A stretch of DNA of 45,126 nt from a virus. Its lineage: Duplodnaviria; Caudoviricetes. The DNA is taken from IMG/VR virus record IMGVR_UViG_3300006120_000038, positions 1-45,126 of that record; one strand, written 5' to 3'. The stretch's first letter is position 1; every line of letters begins with the position of its first letter. Positions 26,708 through 37,015 of the stretch are shown here, piece by piece. The notes beneath the pieces were generated by a model. It was not told where the DNA came from. It searched no databases and was given only the letters and a program-made list of their open reading frames with translations. Position numbers and translations under genes: made by a program.

Positions 26708-27730
26708 ATGGGAGAAGAAAATCAAACACCTTATGATGCGTCATGGTTGACTACCTTGCAGAGCAAGTATGCCCAGCCAATGGACATTACTTCCCAACCT
26801 CTATCTTTCCAGCCAGCCGCCACTACTAATCATTTTGACATAGGGATGGGGAATATCTTGAGCGGTAGTCCTTCATCTGAAGCAATGCAGGGAGGGATTG
26901 GTAATCCTCCCAGAAACCAAGCTCAAGGCGGGGAGATTAAATCCAATGCCATGCAGGAAGCGCATGATGCCGTGATGGACTTGATGAAGGGAGGCAAGGC
27001 CATCCCTAAAGGAATGGTGGAGCCGGAGGCTGGGAGTGGCAAGGTGAGTGGACTGAATCTTTCCCAATACAATAGAGTAGAAAGGGATGTAGCTGGCAAC
27101 ATCATTGGGTTGTCTGGAAGGATGCAAGTTGATCCTATTTCTGGAGCGTCCACTAGTAAGATTGCCCCCGATTGGCAATCTAAAGGAATGGGAGTTTCTG
27201 AAACCGACCCTGATGTAAAGGCAGCAACAATGGCAGGACACAATCCTGCTGATGTGGAGGCAGTGCAAAATGCAATAAGGGGAGCGGCAATCATGAATGC
27301 CGAAAGAAAAGCGTTGGAACAGGGAGCGGGAGAAGGGGTTACTCAAGAAACAAAATCTTACAACCCCAAACAAGAAGCCGCTCAAATAATGGCTCCATCC
27401 ATTAAAGGGTTTGAAACGGCAGCAGAATACTCTAATCTTGCCGCAAATGAACGAAATGCAAGGCTTGCAGAAACATATCGAGCGGGTCAAGGAGAACGTG
27501 GGTTTTCTCCCATTTCTGCATACTATCGTGCCCAAGATGAAAAGAATCTTGAGGATGCTGCAAAAAAGGCCACAAAAGAAGGAGGTTCAGAATTAAGGGC
27601 TAGATCCAAACAAATTCAAGAGCTTCCTTCCTCTGCCACTCAAACCAAATTAACCACCCCATATGGAACAGCAATTGGGTCTGCTGGCAAAATTGACAAG
27701 AGAGTGACCAAGAGACTTTACGGAGAATAA
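26708..27730 (+). CDS. Putative internal virion/ejection protein
   Basis: A/G/Q-rich, low complexity; position. Confidence 0.55.
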   Translation: MGEENQTPYDASWLTTLQSKYAQPMDITSQPLSFQPAATTNHFDIGMGNILSGSPSSEAMQGGIGNPPRNQAQGGEIKSNAMQEAHDAVMDLMKGGKAIPKGMVEPEAGSGKVSGLNLSQYNRVERDVAGNIIGLSGRMQVDPISGASTSKIAPDWQSKGMGVSETDPDVKAATMAGHNPADVEAVQNAIRGAAIMNAERKALEQGAGEGVTQETKSYNPKQEAAQIMAPSIKGFETAAEYSNLAANERNARLAETYRAGQGERGFSPISAYYRAQDEKNLEDAAKKATKEGGSELRARSKQIQELPSSATQTKLTTPYGTAIGSAGKIDKRVTKRLYGE

Positions 27731-27731
27731 C

Positions 27732-29423
27732 ATGGCTACAGGAACCACCCCATCAGGATCAGCTTTTGTTTTTAAGATTCCCTCCGGGGGAAGGCAGGAG
27801 TCCACCTATGCTCCATCTGGATATGCTGCCGCATATGCCCAAGGTAAGGGCATTATGGATATGCTTGATTGGCAAGATGCCCGACGTAAGGATGAAATGT
27901 CAGAGCAGATTGCAATGAGCCGGGAACGACGGGCATTGGAATCTGAAAAGCTGGCAGAAGAGAAAGCCGCAAGGGAAGACGCAAGGCTTGAGCTTCAATC
28001 TCGTCGCCAGATGGATGCTCAAGATCGAGAAAGGCTCAAGCAGGAAAAGCTGGATCAAATGAGTGACACATTGGGGAAAGTCACCTCTGCCATTGATGAC
28101 GTGGACACGCTTCACAAGAATGCTGGCAATATGCTTGATGATATCCGGCATAGTCAGGAGTTTCATCAGCTTGCAGTGAATGCAGGAACCAGAGCGGCAT
28201 TGATGGATGCCTTTAAAGCCAAGGCAGATGAGATCAAGGGAATCCATACTGGCATCCAGCATGAGGCTAAATCCAAGTATGGTATAGAAGCTGACTTGTC
28301 CAACTTCCCCACCGATGAAAAGGGAAGGTATGATTTCAATAAGGGATACAGGGAATATCTTCCCGCTATGGCTCAACAGGCTAGTCAGGCAGCAGAGCAA
28401 GAATATCAGTCTGCTCCAGACAAACCTGGGTTCACCAAGTATGCCGAATTGGATGCCTATGGCAGACCATTGGTGAAGTTTGTAAAAACGGAAGACTTGA
28501 ACAAGCAAAAGCTGGAAGAGCAGAGGGTGGCAAGGGGAGGACAACTCCAAGCCATTGCCGCGATGCAAGCCAGCCGACAAGAGCTTTCCAGTGCCCTTGG
28601 GGGGTTCAAGCAGAAGGAGTTGGAGAATCCCAATGGTTATCTTGATGCCAATGGCAAGCCTACCAAGGATATCAAGAATGCTGTCACTGCAATATGGAAG
28701 GTGAAGGGCAAGGAAGTGGCTAGGATGCCGGAGAACGAAAGGCAAGCTAGGGTTCAGAAGGTGGGGGTTATTTCCCAAAACATTGAGGACTTTGGCAAGA
28801 TGGCATACTCACCCACTTCCGCTGCCGCCACCTCTGCACCTTCAGGGCAACCCGCTGCCCCAACGCAACCTACTGCGCCAGCAGAACAACCTTCTACTCC
28901 TCAAGAACCATCCGCTCCAAGTTCCCCTACGTCTCCGTATTCTCCAGACAACCCTCACGCTCCAGAAGCTCAAAAGCAAAGTGAATCTGATCGTGCGGCT
29001 AAACAAGCCCAAGATGCAAAAAAGGCGATTCAAGAACAGAGTAAGATTAGCGGGAAAATGGCAAATGAAAAAGTAAAGGCTAGGAAAGAACTTGCTGATG
29101 CAGAAAGGGATCTTGAGTATGCAAGGAACCTAAAACCATCCACTTCCATTCAAGATTATGAAGCTCCTACTCCAGAGGAAGCAGCAAAACAATTTGAAGA
29201 AGCCAAACAGAAAGTGGATGCCGCTAAAGCAAAAATGCTTTGGTTCACTGCTCAAGACCCTTTGAGCGCAAAACTTTATCTACGGGAACTATCCGGGGAT
29301 GAGCTTGAAACCTTTAAGAGAGATTATCTTGGCCCCGCAATCTTCAATGAAGCTGGGGGAGATCCAAAGAAAGCTGAAGACATAGCCAGAGAAAGAGGAT
29401 ATGACTTCTTCCTTTCACAATGA
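27732..29423 (+). CDS. Putative internal virion/ejection protein
   Basis: Coiled coils plus Pro-rich linker; position. Confidence 0.55.
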   Translation: MATGTTPSGSAFVFKIPSGGRQESTYAPSGYAAAYAQGKGIMDMLDWQDARRKDEMSEQIAMSRERRALESEKLAEEKAAREDARLELQSRRQMDAQDRERLKQEKLDQMSDTLGKVTSAIDDVDTLHKNAGNMLDDIRHSQEFHQLAVNAGTRAALMDAFKAKADEIKGIHTGIQHEAKSKYGIEADLSNFPTDEKGRYDFNKGYREYLPAMAQQASQAAEQEYQSAPDKPGFTKYAELDAYGRPLVKFVKTEDLNKQKLEEQRVARGGQLQAIAAMQASRQELSSALGGFKQKELENPNGYLDANGKPTKDIKNAVTAIWKVKGKEVARMPENERQARVQKVGVISQNIEDFGKMAYSPTSAAATSAPSGQPAAPTQPTAPAEQPSTPQEPSAPSSPTSPYSPDNPHAPEAQKQSESDRAAKQAQDAKKAIQEQSKISGKMANEKVKARKELADAERDLEYARNLKPSTSIQDYEAPTPEEAAKQFEEAKQKVDAAKAKMLWFTAQDPLSAKLYLRELSGDELETFKRDYLGPAIFNEAGGDPKKAEDIARERGYDFFLSQ

Positions 29424-32400
29424 GCTATTTTGAACAACTTGCTGAACAGCAAAAAAGCAAACCCACTAATGAAAGCTCTAGTGGAGAAGGTTATTTTTAC
29501 AAATTAGCAAAAGGAGGTGAACAAACCAATGAAGCACAAATCAGGAATGAGCCAGAAACCAAACTGGACAACCGGACACAACGACAAGCCCAAGAACAAG
29601 TCAATGCTGTCGGTGGAGAAACCAACGTACAAGCCAATGGACAGTTGCGTACCCAAGACGAAAGCCAGCGTCAACGCAATGACCAAGCCAGTGTCGGGCA
29701 ACGGGACGGCAATTCCGTTCAACTGATAGGAGGTGAGCAAGATGCAGAAACAAAAAGCCAACAAGCCGATGCAGAAGGAAGTCAAAGGCCGGAAGCAGGG
29801 CAAGGCATATCAGGACAAGTCCCTCCGGGGAACCAAGAGGAAGTAGGAAAGGGCGGGGTTCAACCCCCCGCTCAAGGGTTTTTTGAAGAAATCAAAACTC
29901 CTCAAGGCCGAAAGGCAGCTATTGCAAGTGCTTTAGAAGAAGGCATTCCAATGGCTTTAGGGTCTGTGGCGGCAGGAGTTGTTGGCCCAGCGGCAACGGC
30001 TGCGTCTGCCCCGGTAGTTGGCCCTGCGGCTCCCCTTGTGGGAATTGGAGCAGGAGCGGCAACATTTCTAGCCACTCAAGAGTTGGCAAAGAAAGTTTTA
30101 GTAAAGCCAGTTGAGAGTCTTCTTGGGATCAAGGAAGACATTGAAGCGGCACAAGCCGAAGCTCCAACTGCAACAAAATATGGTGGATATGCTGGAATGG
30201 CCCCATTTGCAATTGAATCTGCGGCAGGGTTCTTAAAGACGGGAGCAGAAGCTGCTGCTGGGTTGGCAGGGGGAGAGGCCGTAAAAGAAGCTACCAAGGC
30301 CGTTGGTAAGAAAGCTGCGGCAGGACTAGCTGGAGGTGTTGCCTTTGAGCCTATCCGTTATGGATTTGAAGCCACGGAGAAAGGTCTTGGCATTACTGAT
30401 GAAACTCCCAAACCAATTACCGGAGAGTCTTTGCTTGAGTCTGGATTGATGGGGGCAGTTTTGGGAGGCAAGGTTGAGAAAGAACTTGCCAAAAACGAAG
30501 CTGGAAAAAATGAAATTAAATCTGCTGGACTTCCCGAAACGGCAGAACTGGCAAGCAAGCTCAAGCCTGACGCAACCATTGAAAAAGAAAATGAAGTTGC
30601 GTTGGAAACAGAAAAAGAAAAGCCAAAGCAAGTCAGGATCGGGGCAGCGGCATGGAAGAATGACCGCACCGGGGCAATCTACTATGGGGAAAATCATGAA
30701 GCGGCAGTAGCGGCAGCAAGAAGGGATGCCCAAGATCCAGAGAATAAGGACAAGGTGGCAGTGGGAGATTTGCCAAAAGTGGACGTGACTGTTCCGGCTA
30801 ATCGAGAAACTCCTGACTTTGGATACATCACCAAGGATGGAGAGTTCGTTTCAAGGGATGAAGCCCAAAAGTTTGCTGAACAATCCGGTCAATTTAAGGG
30901 CAAAACTACTGATCGTCCGGTCATGCACTCCAATGAAGTGCAGTTGGATTTCTACGAGAAGCCTTTGGAGCAACCTTCAGAGCAAGCAAGGCAACTGCCT
31001 GGAGCCGCCAGCAAGGGGCAATTCACCGAATCCCGCCTCACTGAAGCGGTGAAGGCAATGGACGATGCTGAAAAGGCAAAGGGACGACCCTTGGATGTGG
31101 GTAATGAAGGAGATAAGAGGGCTTGGATTGATGAGTTGAACAAGCGGTTTGACCCAGGATCATTCTCATTCAATGAGCTTAATTCCCTTTGGAATCAATC
31201 CCATGAGGCTTATCGAATCCGTAATGCGGCTGGAAAGACCATCCCTCCAGAGCTTGCTGTGCAACAAATCGGGGGAAACAGGATTTTAAGCCAGCGCAGG
31301 ATTGCCACTAGGAACGAAGACATCAACAAGGAAAGGGCAAGCAAGGGGCTTCCTCCGGTAATGCCGGGGAGGGAGATCACTCAATCAGGGGCATGGAACA
31401 CTGCCGCTGAAAAAATTGCTGAAGAACCTCAATACCTTTACGACTTGGTTTCCGATCTCAAGAAAAGCCCAAGGGCAGTCACGGCAGAAGAAACTGCTGC
31501 CCTCCAACAGCACATGGGAGAGATTCAGAACGATCTGGACTCCCTTTCCGAAAAGAGAAATTCAGAAACAGATCCTAATAAGCTCAAGGAAATTGACGCT
31601 CAATTTGACAAGAAGCTAGAAGACTTTGCGGACATTTCTCAGGTATACAAGAACATTGGAACTGAAACATCTGCCGGATTGAGGCAGAGGGCTATCTTTG
31701 CCGCTGCTGACTATTCCCTTCCTCGACTCATTGCCAGAAAAGAAAAGGCACTTCAGAGGAAACTCACCACCAAGGAATTGCGTGAGGCAAAGGCAGATTC
31801 CGACAAGGTGAGGAAACTTACTGATGAATTGGACGGGCTAAATAGTGAGCGGATTGAGAAGCGTCAGGATGCAGATATCCAAGCAGAGACCAAGCCACCC
31901 AAGAAGAAGTCTAACCTCACGGCAGACGAGCAGATTGAAAAGCATAAAGCCAAGCTGGAATCCCTGAAAGATCTACCGGAAGGAAAAGAAAAAGCCAAAA
32001 AGATTTCCTCTGCAATGAAGAAGCTGGCTACCGCAATCACTCAAAAGAGATTGGAGGAAGCTGAATCAAAAATGCGCAGAGAGCTTACGGAGGAAGAAGA
32101 AAAACAAGTTACAAGACCCCGTGATATTTCCCAAGCTACTCATGAGATTGCTTCATCCGTGTTGGGAGATAAATGGACTCTGAAAGATTCCCGCAATGCA
32201 ATTTCTGGATATGGCATTTACGACTCTCCTGACAAAACAGGATTGAGTAAAGCTGTTAGTCGTTTGATCGGGGTAAATCGAAACATTGGCAAGATTGAGG
32301 ATATCGTAAAGGAACTAGCCCCCCAGCGCACGGGCAAGCAAAGGTTAAAGCCTGGAGCGGAAGAACGATCCCTCCAAAAGAAAGTGAATGCTTTGATTCG

Positions 32401-35005
32401 TAGGTTCAACATCAAGGCTGAAGACCCAGAGAAGCAATTGCAGGGGGCAATGGAAGCGGCAAAGACCCGTGCAAGGAATGCCGTGGAAGAGCTTGAAGAG
32501 ATTTTCCTCAAGGGAAGGCCATTAAATGAAGAGGCTAGGGTTCAGATTGCCAATGAAGATCCAGACCTTGCCGATCTGAAAGGCGAGATTGCCGGACTCA
32601 AGCAACTCATTGAAGACACTTACGGCAAAAAAGAAATCCCAATTGAGCGGAAGATTAAGTCTTTGGAGAAGATTTACGATGGTCTGATTGAGCGATATGA
32701 GAAGGAAATTGCCTCTGGGGAAGTGTTCAAGACCACAACAAAGGGGGAGAAGCTGACCAGTGAAAAACTTGAGCAACAAAGGGAAACCCTCAAGAACCTC
32801 CGTGCAGAACGCCAGCATATCCGTGATGCCGATAGCTTGAGGCAGGAAACGCTCAAAGTTGCTAAAGCAGAGAAGCGCATTGCGGAGATTTCAAAAATTC
32901 TTTCAGGGGATGTGGTTGATCCCAAAACGGGCAAGAATCTTGCAGAAGGGCCGGAGTCCCAGCGGGTAACTGAACTCCGCGCAGAGGTGGCTAAAGCTGA
33001 AGCTGACCTTAAAAAATATCGTGACTCGTTAAAGGTAAAGAAGACTGAAGACGAAAAACTTCTTGATGCACTTAACAAGAAAAAAGAAAACGCAGAAGAG
33101 AGGCTTGCCAGAGTGCAGACCGGAGAGGCAAAGGAAAAGCCGGAACAAAAAGTTGCTCGTACTGCTGAACAGAAGGAAGTCCAAAAAGAAATTGATTCCC
33201 TAAACAAGCAGATCAAGGAATATCAGGAAGCCAACAGGAAGCGCAAAACCGAAGAGGAGAAGCGGGAGTCCTTGCTTGAGCGTCAAATTAAAAATCAAAA
33301 AGAGATCCTTGCCAAGCAGGAGATTAAGGCAAGGGAAACAAAGACCAAGCCAACAAGCCCCCGCATTGAGGAGTTGGAAAAGGAGCTTGCCACCCTCAAA
33401 GATCAAACGATGAACGAGGATTGGTACAAAACTCGGAAGGAAGCAATTGCCCTTCAAGCCTACAAGAATCGAGTCAACACGCAGATTGAGGAAGCCAAAC
33501 GTAGGCTTGCCGAAGGAGATTACTCCAAGGCAGAAAGGAAGGAACTGAAGATTGATGAGGAAGCTAGGTTGAAAAAACTTGAGCTTGCCGAACTCAAAGA
33601 CAAGATTCGCCAGAACATCACTCTTGAGGAATGGAAGAATCGTCCTCCTCTCCAGAAAGCAGTTGATGCCACCATCAAGTTTAAACGAGCAGCAGTTTTG
33701 TCCTATCTCTCCACTTGGGCAAAGCTCACGTCTGCCTCTCTTGAGATTCCTCTTCTCCGCATTCCATCTGCTGTGGCAGGAAAGGTGTTGGAGAAAACCC
33801 CGTTCTTTAAGGAAATTGCTCAAAAAGCCAGACAGGAATACGGCACTCCCTTGGACAAGGATGTGGCGGCATATACCAAAGGACTTGTTTCTGGGTGGAA
33901 AGAATTCAGCAATATTGCCTTTAAGTTGGGTAGGTCAGAACTGGATCTTGAGTATGGGGACACAAGCCTGATCCCATTGGGGGCATTGGATGTTCCAGGC
34001 AAGATCCACGAAGCAATCAAGAACCCTACCAAGAAGGCGAACTACGAATTGGCACTTTCCCGATATCTGCAATGGGCAGTCAGGGAAGATCCAAGCATTG
34101 ACATTAAAGACCCAGTGCTTTTGGAGAAGGCAGGAATTGAAGCGTACAAGGAAGCCAATGCTTCCATCTTCCTTCAAGACAATGGGTTAGTGAATAAATA
34201 CAACCTCCTTGTAAACAAGATGAAGGAAAGTGATAGCTGGAGGCAAAGGCTTGCTGCTCGATTCCTTGAGTTCAATATCCCAATTGTTCGTATCCCAGCC
34301 AACATTGTGAAGGAAGCCCTTGAGTATCAGTTTGGTTTCTTCACAGGAACCAGCAAGGCAATCCGCATGAAAATGAGCAAGGAGATAGGTAAACGCCTTG
34401 AGGACATCTCCCCGGAGGATGCTGACCTGATCATGCGTCAGATTAAGAAGGGAAGCGTGGGTCTTATGGCAATGGCTATTGGATATGCCCTTCCCGATTA
34501 CTTTGGTGGATTCTACCGAAAGGGGGCAGAAAAGGATGAGGAAGCACCGGAATACGGAGCTATTGGGCCTATTCCCAAAACCCTCCTGCACCATCCTGCA
34601 TTTGTTCCATTCCAGATAGGGGCCACCATTCGGAGGGTATGGGATGATACCATGATGGATCGAGCCACGTTTGGTGATGACGCTTCCGCAATTGCCCGTG
34701 GGTTTGCAGAAGGTCAGATGGGATTACTTGAAGAACTTCCTTTCGTGAACCTATCCCGTAACGTGGGCAAGTATGTTGACCCAGAAAGAATCACCGACAC
34801 TGCCGGAGAATTCACGAAATCAATGGTTCCTGGGTTCATCCAAGAAGCCGCAAAGGTGATGGACGTACCGGAGAATAGCGTGGGAGAAGTTTTAAAAACA
34901 TTGTTCTGGGACAAGAAAGATGTTACTAAACGGCAAGCTGAAACCTACTTGGATCACGTTAAAGAAGCACTTCCTGTGTTGCGTGAACAAGTACCAGAGA
35001 AATAA
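29420..35005 (+). CDS. Giant internal virion (DNA ejection) protein, 1861 aa
   Basis: Ala/Gly-rich membrane-like segment, long coiled coils, helical C-terminal domain. Confidence 0.65.
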   Translation: MSYFEQLAEQQKSKPTNESSSGEGYFYKLAKGGEQTNEAQIRNEPETKLDNRTQRQAQEQVNAVGGETNVQANGQLRTQDESQRQRNDQASVGQRDGNSVQLIGGEQDAETKSQQADAEGSQRPEAGQGISGQVPPGNQEEVGKGGVQPPAQGFFEEIKTPQGRKAAIASALEEGIPMALGSVAAGVVGPAATAASAPVVGPAAPLVGIGAGAATFLATQELAKKVLVKPVESLLGIKEDIEAAQAEAPTATKYGGYAGMAPFAIESAAGFLKTGAEAAAGLAGGEAVKEATKAVGKKAAAGLAGGVAFEPIRYGFEATEKGLGITDETPKPITGESLLESGLMGAVLGGKVEKELAKNEAGKNEIKSAGLPETAELASKLKPDATIEKENEVALETEKEKPKQVRIGAAAWKNDRTGAIYYGENHEAAVAAARRDAQDPENKDKVAVGDLPKVDVTVPANRETPDFGYITKDGEFVSRDEAQKFAEQSGQFKGKTTDRPVMHSNEVQLDFYEKPLEQPSEQARQLPGAASKGQFTESRLTEAVKAMDDAEKAKGRPLDVGNEGDKRAWIDELNKRFDPGSFSFNELNSLWNQSHEAYRIRNAAGKTIPPELAVQQIGGNRILSQRRIATRNEDINKERASKGLPPVMPGREITQSGAWNTAAEKIAEEPQYLYDLVSDLKKSPRAVTAEETAALQQHMGEIQNDLDSLSEKRNSETDPNKLKEIDAQFDKKLEDFADISQVYKNIGTETSAGLRQRAIFAAADYSLPRLIARKEKALQRKLTTKELREAKADSDKVRKLTDELDGLNSERIEKRQDADIQAETKPPKKKSNLTADEQIEKHKAKLESLKDLPEGKEKAKKISSAMKKLATAITQKRLEEAESKMRRELTEEEEKQVTRPRDISQATHEIASSVLGDKWTLKDSRNAISGYGIYDSPDKTGLSKAVSRLIGVNRNIGKIEDIVKELAPQRTGKQRLKPGAEERSLQKKVNALIRRFNIKAEDPEKQLQGAMEAAKTRARNAVEELEEIFLKGRPLNEEARVQIANEDPDLADLKGEIAGLKQLIEDTYGKKEIPIERKIKSLEKIYDGLIERYEKEIASGEVFKTTTKGEKLTSEKLEQQRETLKNLRAERQHIRDADSLRQETLKVAKAEKRIAEISKILSGDVVDPKTGKNLAEGPESQRVTELRAEVAKAEADLKKYRDSLKVKKTEDEKLLDALNKKKENAEERLARVQTGEAKEKPEQKVARTAEQKEVQKEIDSLNKQIKEYQEANRKRKTEEEKRESLLERQIKNQKEILAKQEIKARETKTKPTSPRIEELEKELATLKDQTMNEDWYKTRKEAIALQAYKNRVNTQIEEAKRRLAEGDYSKAERKELKIDEEARLKKLELAELKDKIRQNITLEEWKNRPPLQKAVDATIKFKRAAVLSYLSTWAKLTSASLEIPLLRIPSAVAGKVLEKTPFFKEIAQKARQEYGTPLDKDVAAYTKGLVSGWKEFSNIAFKLGRSELDLEYGDTSLIPLGALDVPGKIHEAIKNPTKKANYELALSRYLQWAVREDPSIDIKDPVLLEKAGIEAYKEANASIFLQDNGLVNKYNLLVNKMKESDSWRQRLAARFLEFNIPIVRIPANIVKEALEYQFGFFTGTSKAIRMKMSKEIGKRLEDISPEDADLIMRQIKKGSVGLMAMAIGYALPDYFGGFYRKGAEKDEEAPEYGAIGPIPKTLLHHPAFVPFQIGATIRRVWDDTMMDRATFGDDASAIARGFAEGQMGLLEELPFVNLSRNVGKYVDPERITDTAGEFTKSMVPGFIQEAAKVMDVPENSVGEVLKTLFWDKKDVTKRQAETYLDHVKEALPVLREQVPEK
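29529..29726 (+). CDS. Overprinted small basic protein 1 (65 aa, +1 frame of giant gene)
   Basis: AGGAGGTGA at 29512-29520, 8 nt before ATG; MKHKSGMSQKPNW.. Confidence 0.65.
   Translation: MKHKSGMSQKPNWTTGHNDKPKNKSMLSVEKPTYKPMDSCVPKTKASVNAMTKPVSGNGTAIPFN
29742..29846 (+). CDS. Overprinted small basic protein 2 (34 aa, +1 frame)
   Basis: AGGAGGTGA at 29728-29736, 5 nt before ATG; MQKQKANKPMQKEVKGRKQGKAYQDKSLRGTKRK. Confidence 0.65.
   Translation: MQKQKANKPMQKEVKGRKQGKAYQDKSLRGTKRK
29851..29884 (+). terminator. Terminator-like hairpin inside giant gene
   Basis: GGGCGGGG/CCCCGCTC stem, then AAGGG-TTTTTT, 4 nt after the overprinted ORF2 stop. Confidence 0.5.
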
Positions 35006-36786
35006 TGGCAACTTCCAAACCTCCAAAACAACCTCCTTTCCCACACCCTCCTCTTGAGCAGGGAGTGGCGCAGTACCCTACGCCCGTAGTACCCAACTAC
35101 AACGACAAGAAGGGCGGCTGGGGGCTTTCTGATCAGGGTCATATCGTATTGGTGGAGCGGGTGAGTATTGAGAAAGGCAACTTCAACCCTCAACCTCTGG
35201 ATGGCACGGTCATTTACACCGGAAGGGATGCAAACAAGTGGCCCTCCACCCTCTATCTCGTAGCGGAAAAGCCCACTCCAGATGGTGAATTTATCTATAG
35301 GTTCTGGGCAAATGATCGTTCATTGGCCTCCCAAGACCCTTGGAATTATGGGATCAAGTATGATGCCGGAGATCCCAACTTCCCCGAATACATCCGTGAT
35401 TACATTGTGCCAAGGAGTCAGTATGCTCCTGCGGATATTGGAACTAAAGATCCGGTGTTTGGAGCAGGGCAACCCATCACCCTTGCGGTCAACAATACCA
35501 CTCACATTGCCACGGTAAGTGGAACTGGATTCAATCTGACAATTGGATCAGCTATCACGATCTATAGCACCACGGCTCAAACCAATAGTTTGCTTGGCCC
35601 ATTCACGCTTCTAGCCACTCCTCCACCTACCTCCACCAGACTTTACTTCACTGCACCAGCAGGGGCTTCTGTGCCTACCGGGAGCTTGTTTATCAACCCA
35701 ACGGTGATTAGTGAGCAGGAGATGTCGCCATTGCCAGAGGACAATCCCTTGCGATCTAGGTATGTGGCAGTAAGGAGGATCTACGAGCCTATCCCTGGGG
35801 CGGTGCTTATTACCAATGAGAACAAGCCGGGACTCATGGGCATCATTCAGAAGAATGATCAACTGGTCACTGCCCAGACCCAACCCAATTCCCTTTCGCT
35901 AGACACGGCAGATGGAAGCGTGTTGGAGTCTACTGTGGAACACGTCAGTGCGGCAAAGTCCAATCTGACAACCATCTACACTACTGGCCCATACGAGTTG
36001 GACGGTAACCTGTACGATGATTTCTCACAGTTGAATCTGGTTCACAGGGAGTTGATTGTGCCAGCGGGAACTGCTGCCCTCACTGATGCGTCTTCTGGAT
36101 ACGGAGGGGGAGCGAATGGATATCTATTGTCAGCAAGGGATGAACCTATTGATGCCAGCAAGACCAAACGCACGATTGTGTCGGTTGCTTCTCTTCCTCC
36201 TAGTCGAATAGAATATAGGACAGGAACATATACAACCCCCACGTTAATTAAAGGATTAAATATCCAGGGATATAATCTTTCTTGCGGTGCAACAACAGAC
36301 ATTAGAGTGGTTGTTCAGCCTGTTTCTAGGGCATCTCAAACAAAACCAACCACATTCAAAACAGTAACAAGTTATAGTTATGGCGCACCAACCACTACTG
36401 GTGATTGTTATTTGTTTTCTCCGGTATTGCAACAATTGGCATACACTGGGTTGTTTGTTAATTTTGATTTAGGTGGCGTGTTAAATGATCCAATAGATTC
36501 AACAACTACTCCTAATACAAAAATCTGTTATTCTTGCACCAGTGGAGGGGCATCGCAGGGATGTGAAAATATTAAATTTGATGCTTCATCACCATTTTCT
36601 GCGACAGATTACATAACGCTAATCAATGGTGGTACTGTCCAGAAAACCATTGGACAAACTTCTGGAACATTGTGTCCTGCTACTTTAACCACATTTACTG
36701 GCCCTTATGTGCCTATTTCTTGGGATTCTAAATATTGGAAAGCTGGAATTTGGGAAATAAAAACAACATACGTTAAATTATTCTAA
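35005..36786 (+). CDS. Virion structural (tail) protein
   Basis: Beta/Thr-rich 593 aa; TAATG-coupled in virion block. Confidence 0.6.
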   Translation: MATSKPPKQPPFPHPPLEQGVAQYPTPVVPNYNDKKGGWGLSDQGHIVLVERVSIEKGNFNPQPLDGTVIYTGRDANKWPSTLYLVAEKPTPDGEFIYRFWANDRSLASQDPWNYGIKYDAGDPNFPEYIRDYIVPRSQYAPADIGTKDPVFGAGQPITLAVNNTTHIATVSGTGFNLTIGSAITIYSTTAQTNSLLGPFTLLATPPPTSTRLYFTAPAGASVPTGSLFINPTVISEQEMSPLPEDNPLRSRYVAVRRIYEPIPGAVLITNENKPGLMGIIQKNDQLVTAQTQPNSLSLDTADGSVLESTVEHVSAAKSNLTTIYTTGPYELDGNLYDDFSQLNLVHRELIVPAGTAALTDASSGYGGGANGYLLSARDEPIDASKTKRTIVSVASLPPSRIEYRTGTYTTPTLIKGLNIQGYNLSCGATTDIRVVVQPVSRASQTKPTTFKTVTSYSYGAPTTTGDCYLFSPVLQQLAYTGLFVNFDLGGVLNDPIDSTTTPNTKICYSCTSGGASQGCENIKFDASSPFSATDYITLINGGTVQKTIGQTSGTLCPATLTTFTGPYVPISWDSKYWKAGIWEIKTTYVKLF

Positions 36787-37013
36787 TGGAATTTTATCAA
36801 CCAACCCGCCCATCGTCAGACGAATCGGCACTATCGGCAGGAGTGTCGTATAATTTCAATGGGCAAATTGCTGCAGGGGGAGTTTCTTACAAAGGGGTGT
36901 ATCCATCTCCTAATCCTCCTACTCAATCACCGGGGCAAACAGTCACCTTGCAAGTTTGCGTGAATGGAGTGGCAAAGCAGATTGACGTGTATGCCGCAGG
37001 GCTACCTTACTGA
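36786..37013 (+). CDS. Small tail-associated protein
   Basis: TAATG-coupled; LQVCVNG motif. Confidence 0.6.
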   Translation: MEFYQPTRPSSDESALSAGVSYNFNGQIAAGGVSYKGVYPSPNPPTQSPGQTVTLQVCVNGVAKQIDVYAAGLPY

Positions 37014-37015
37014 TT

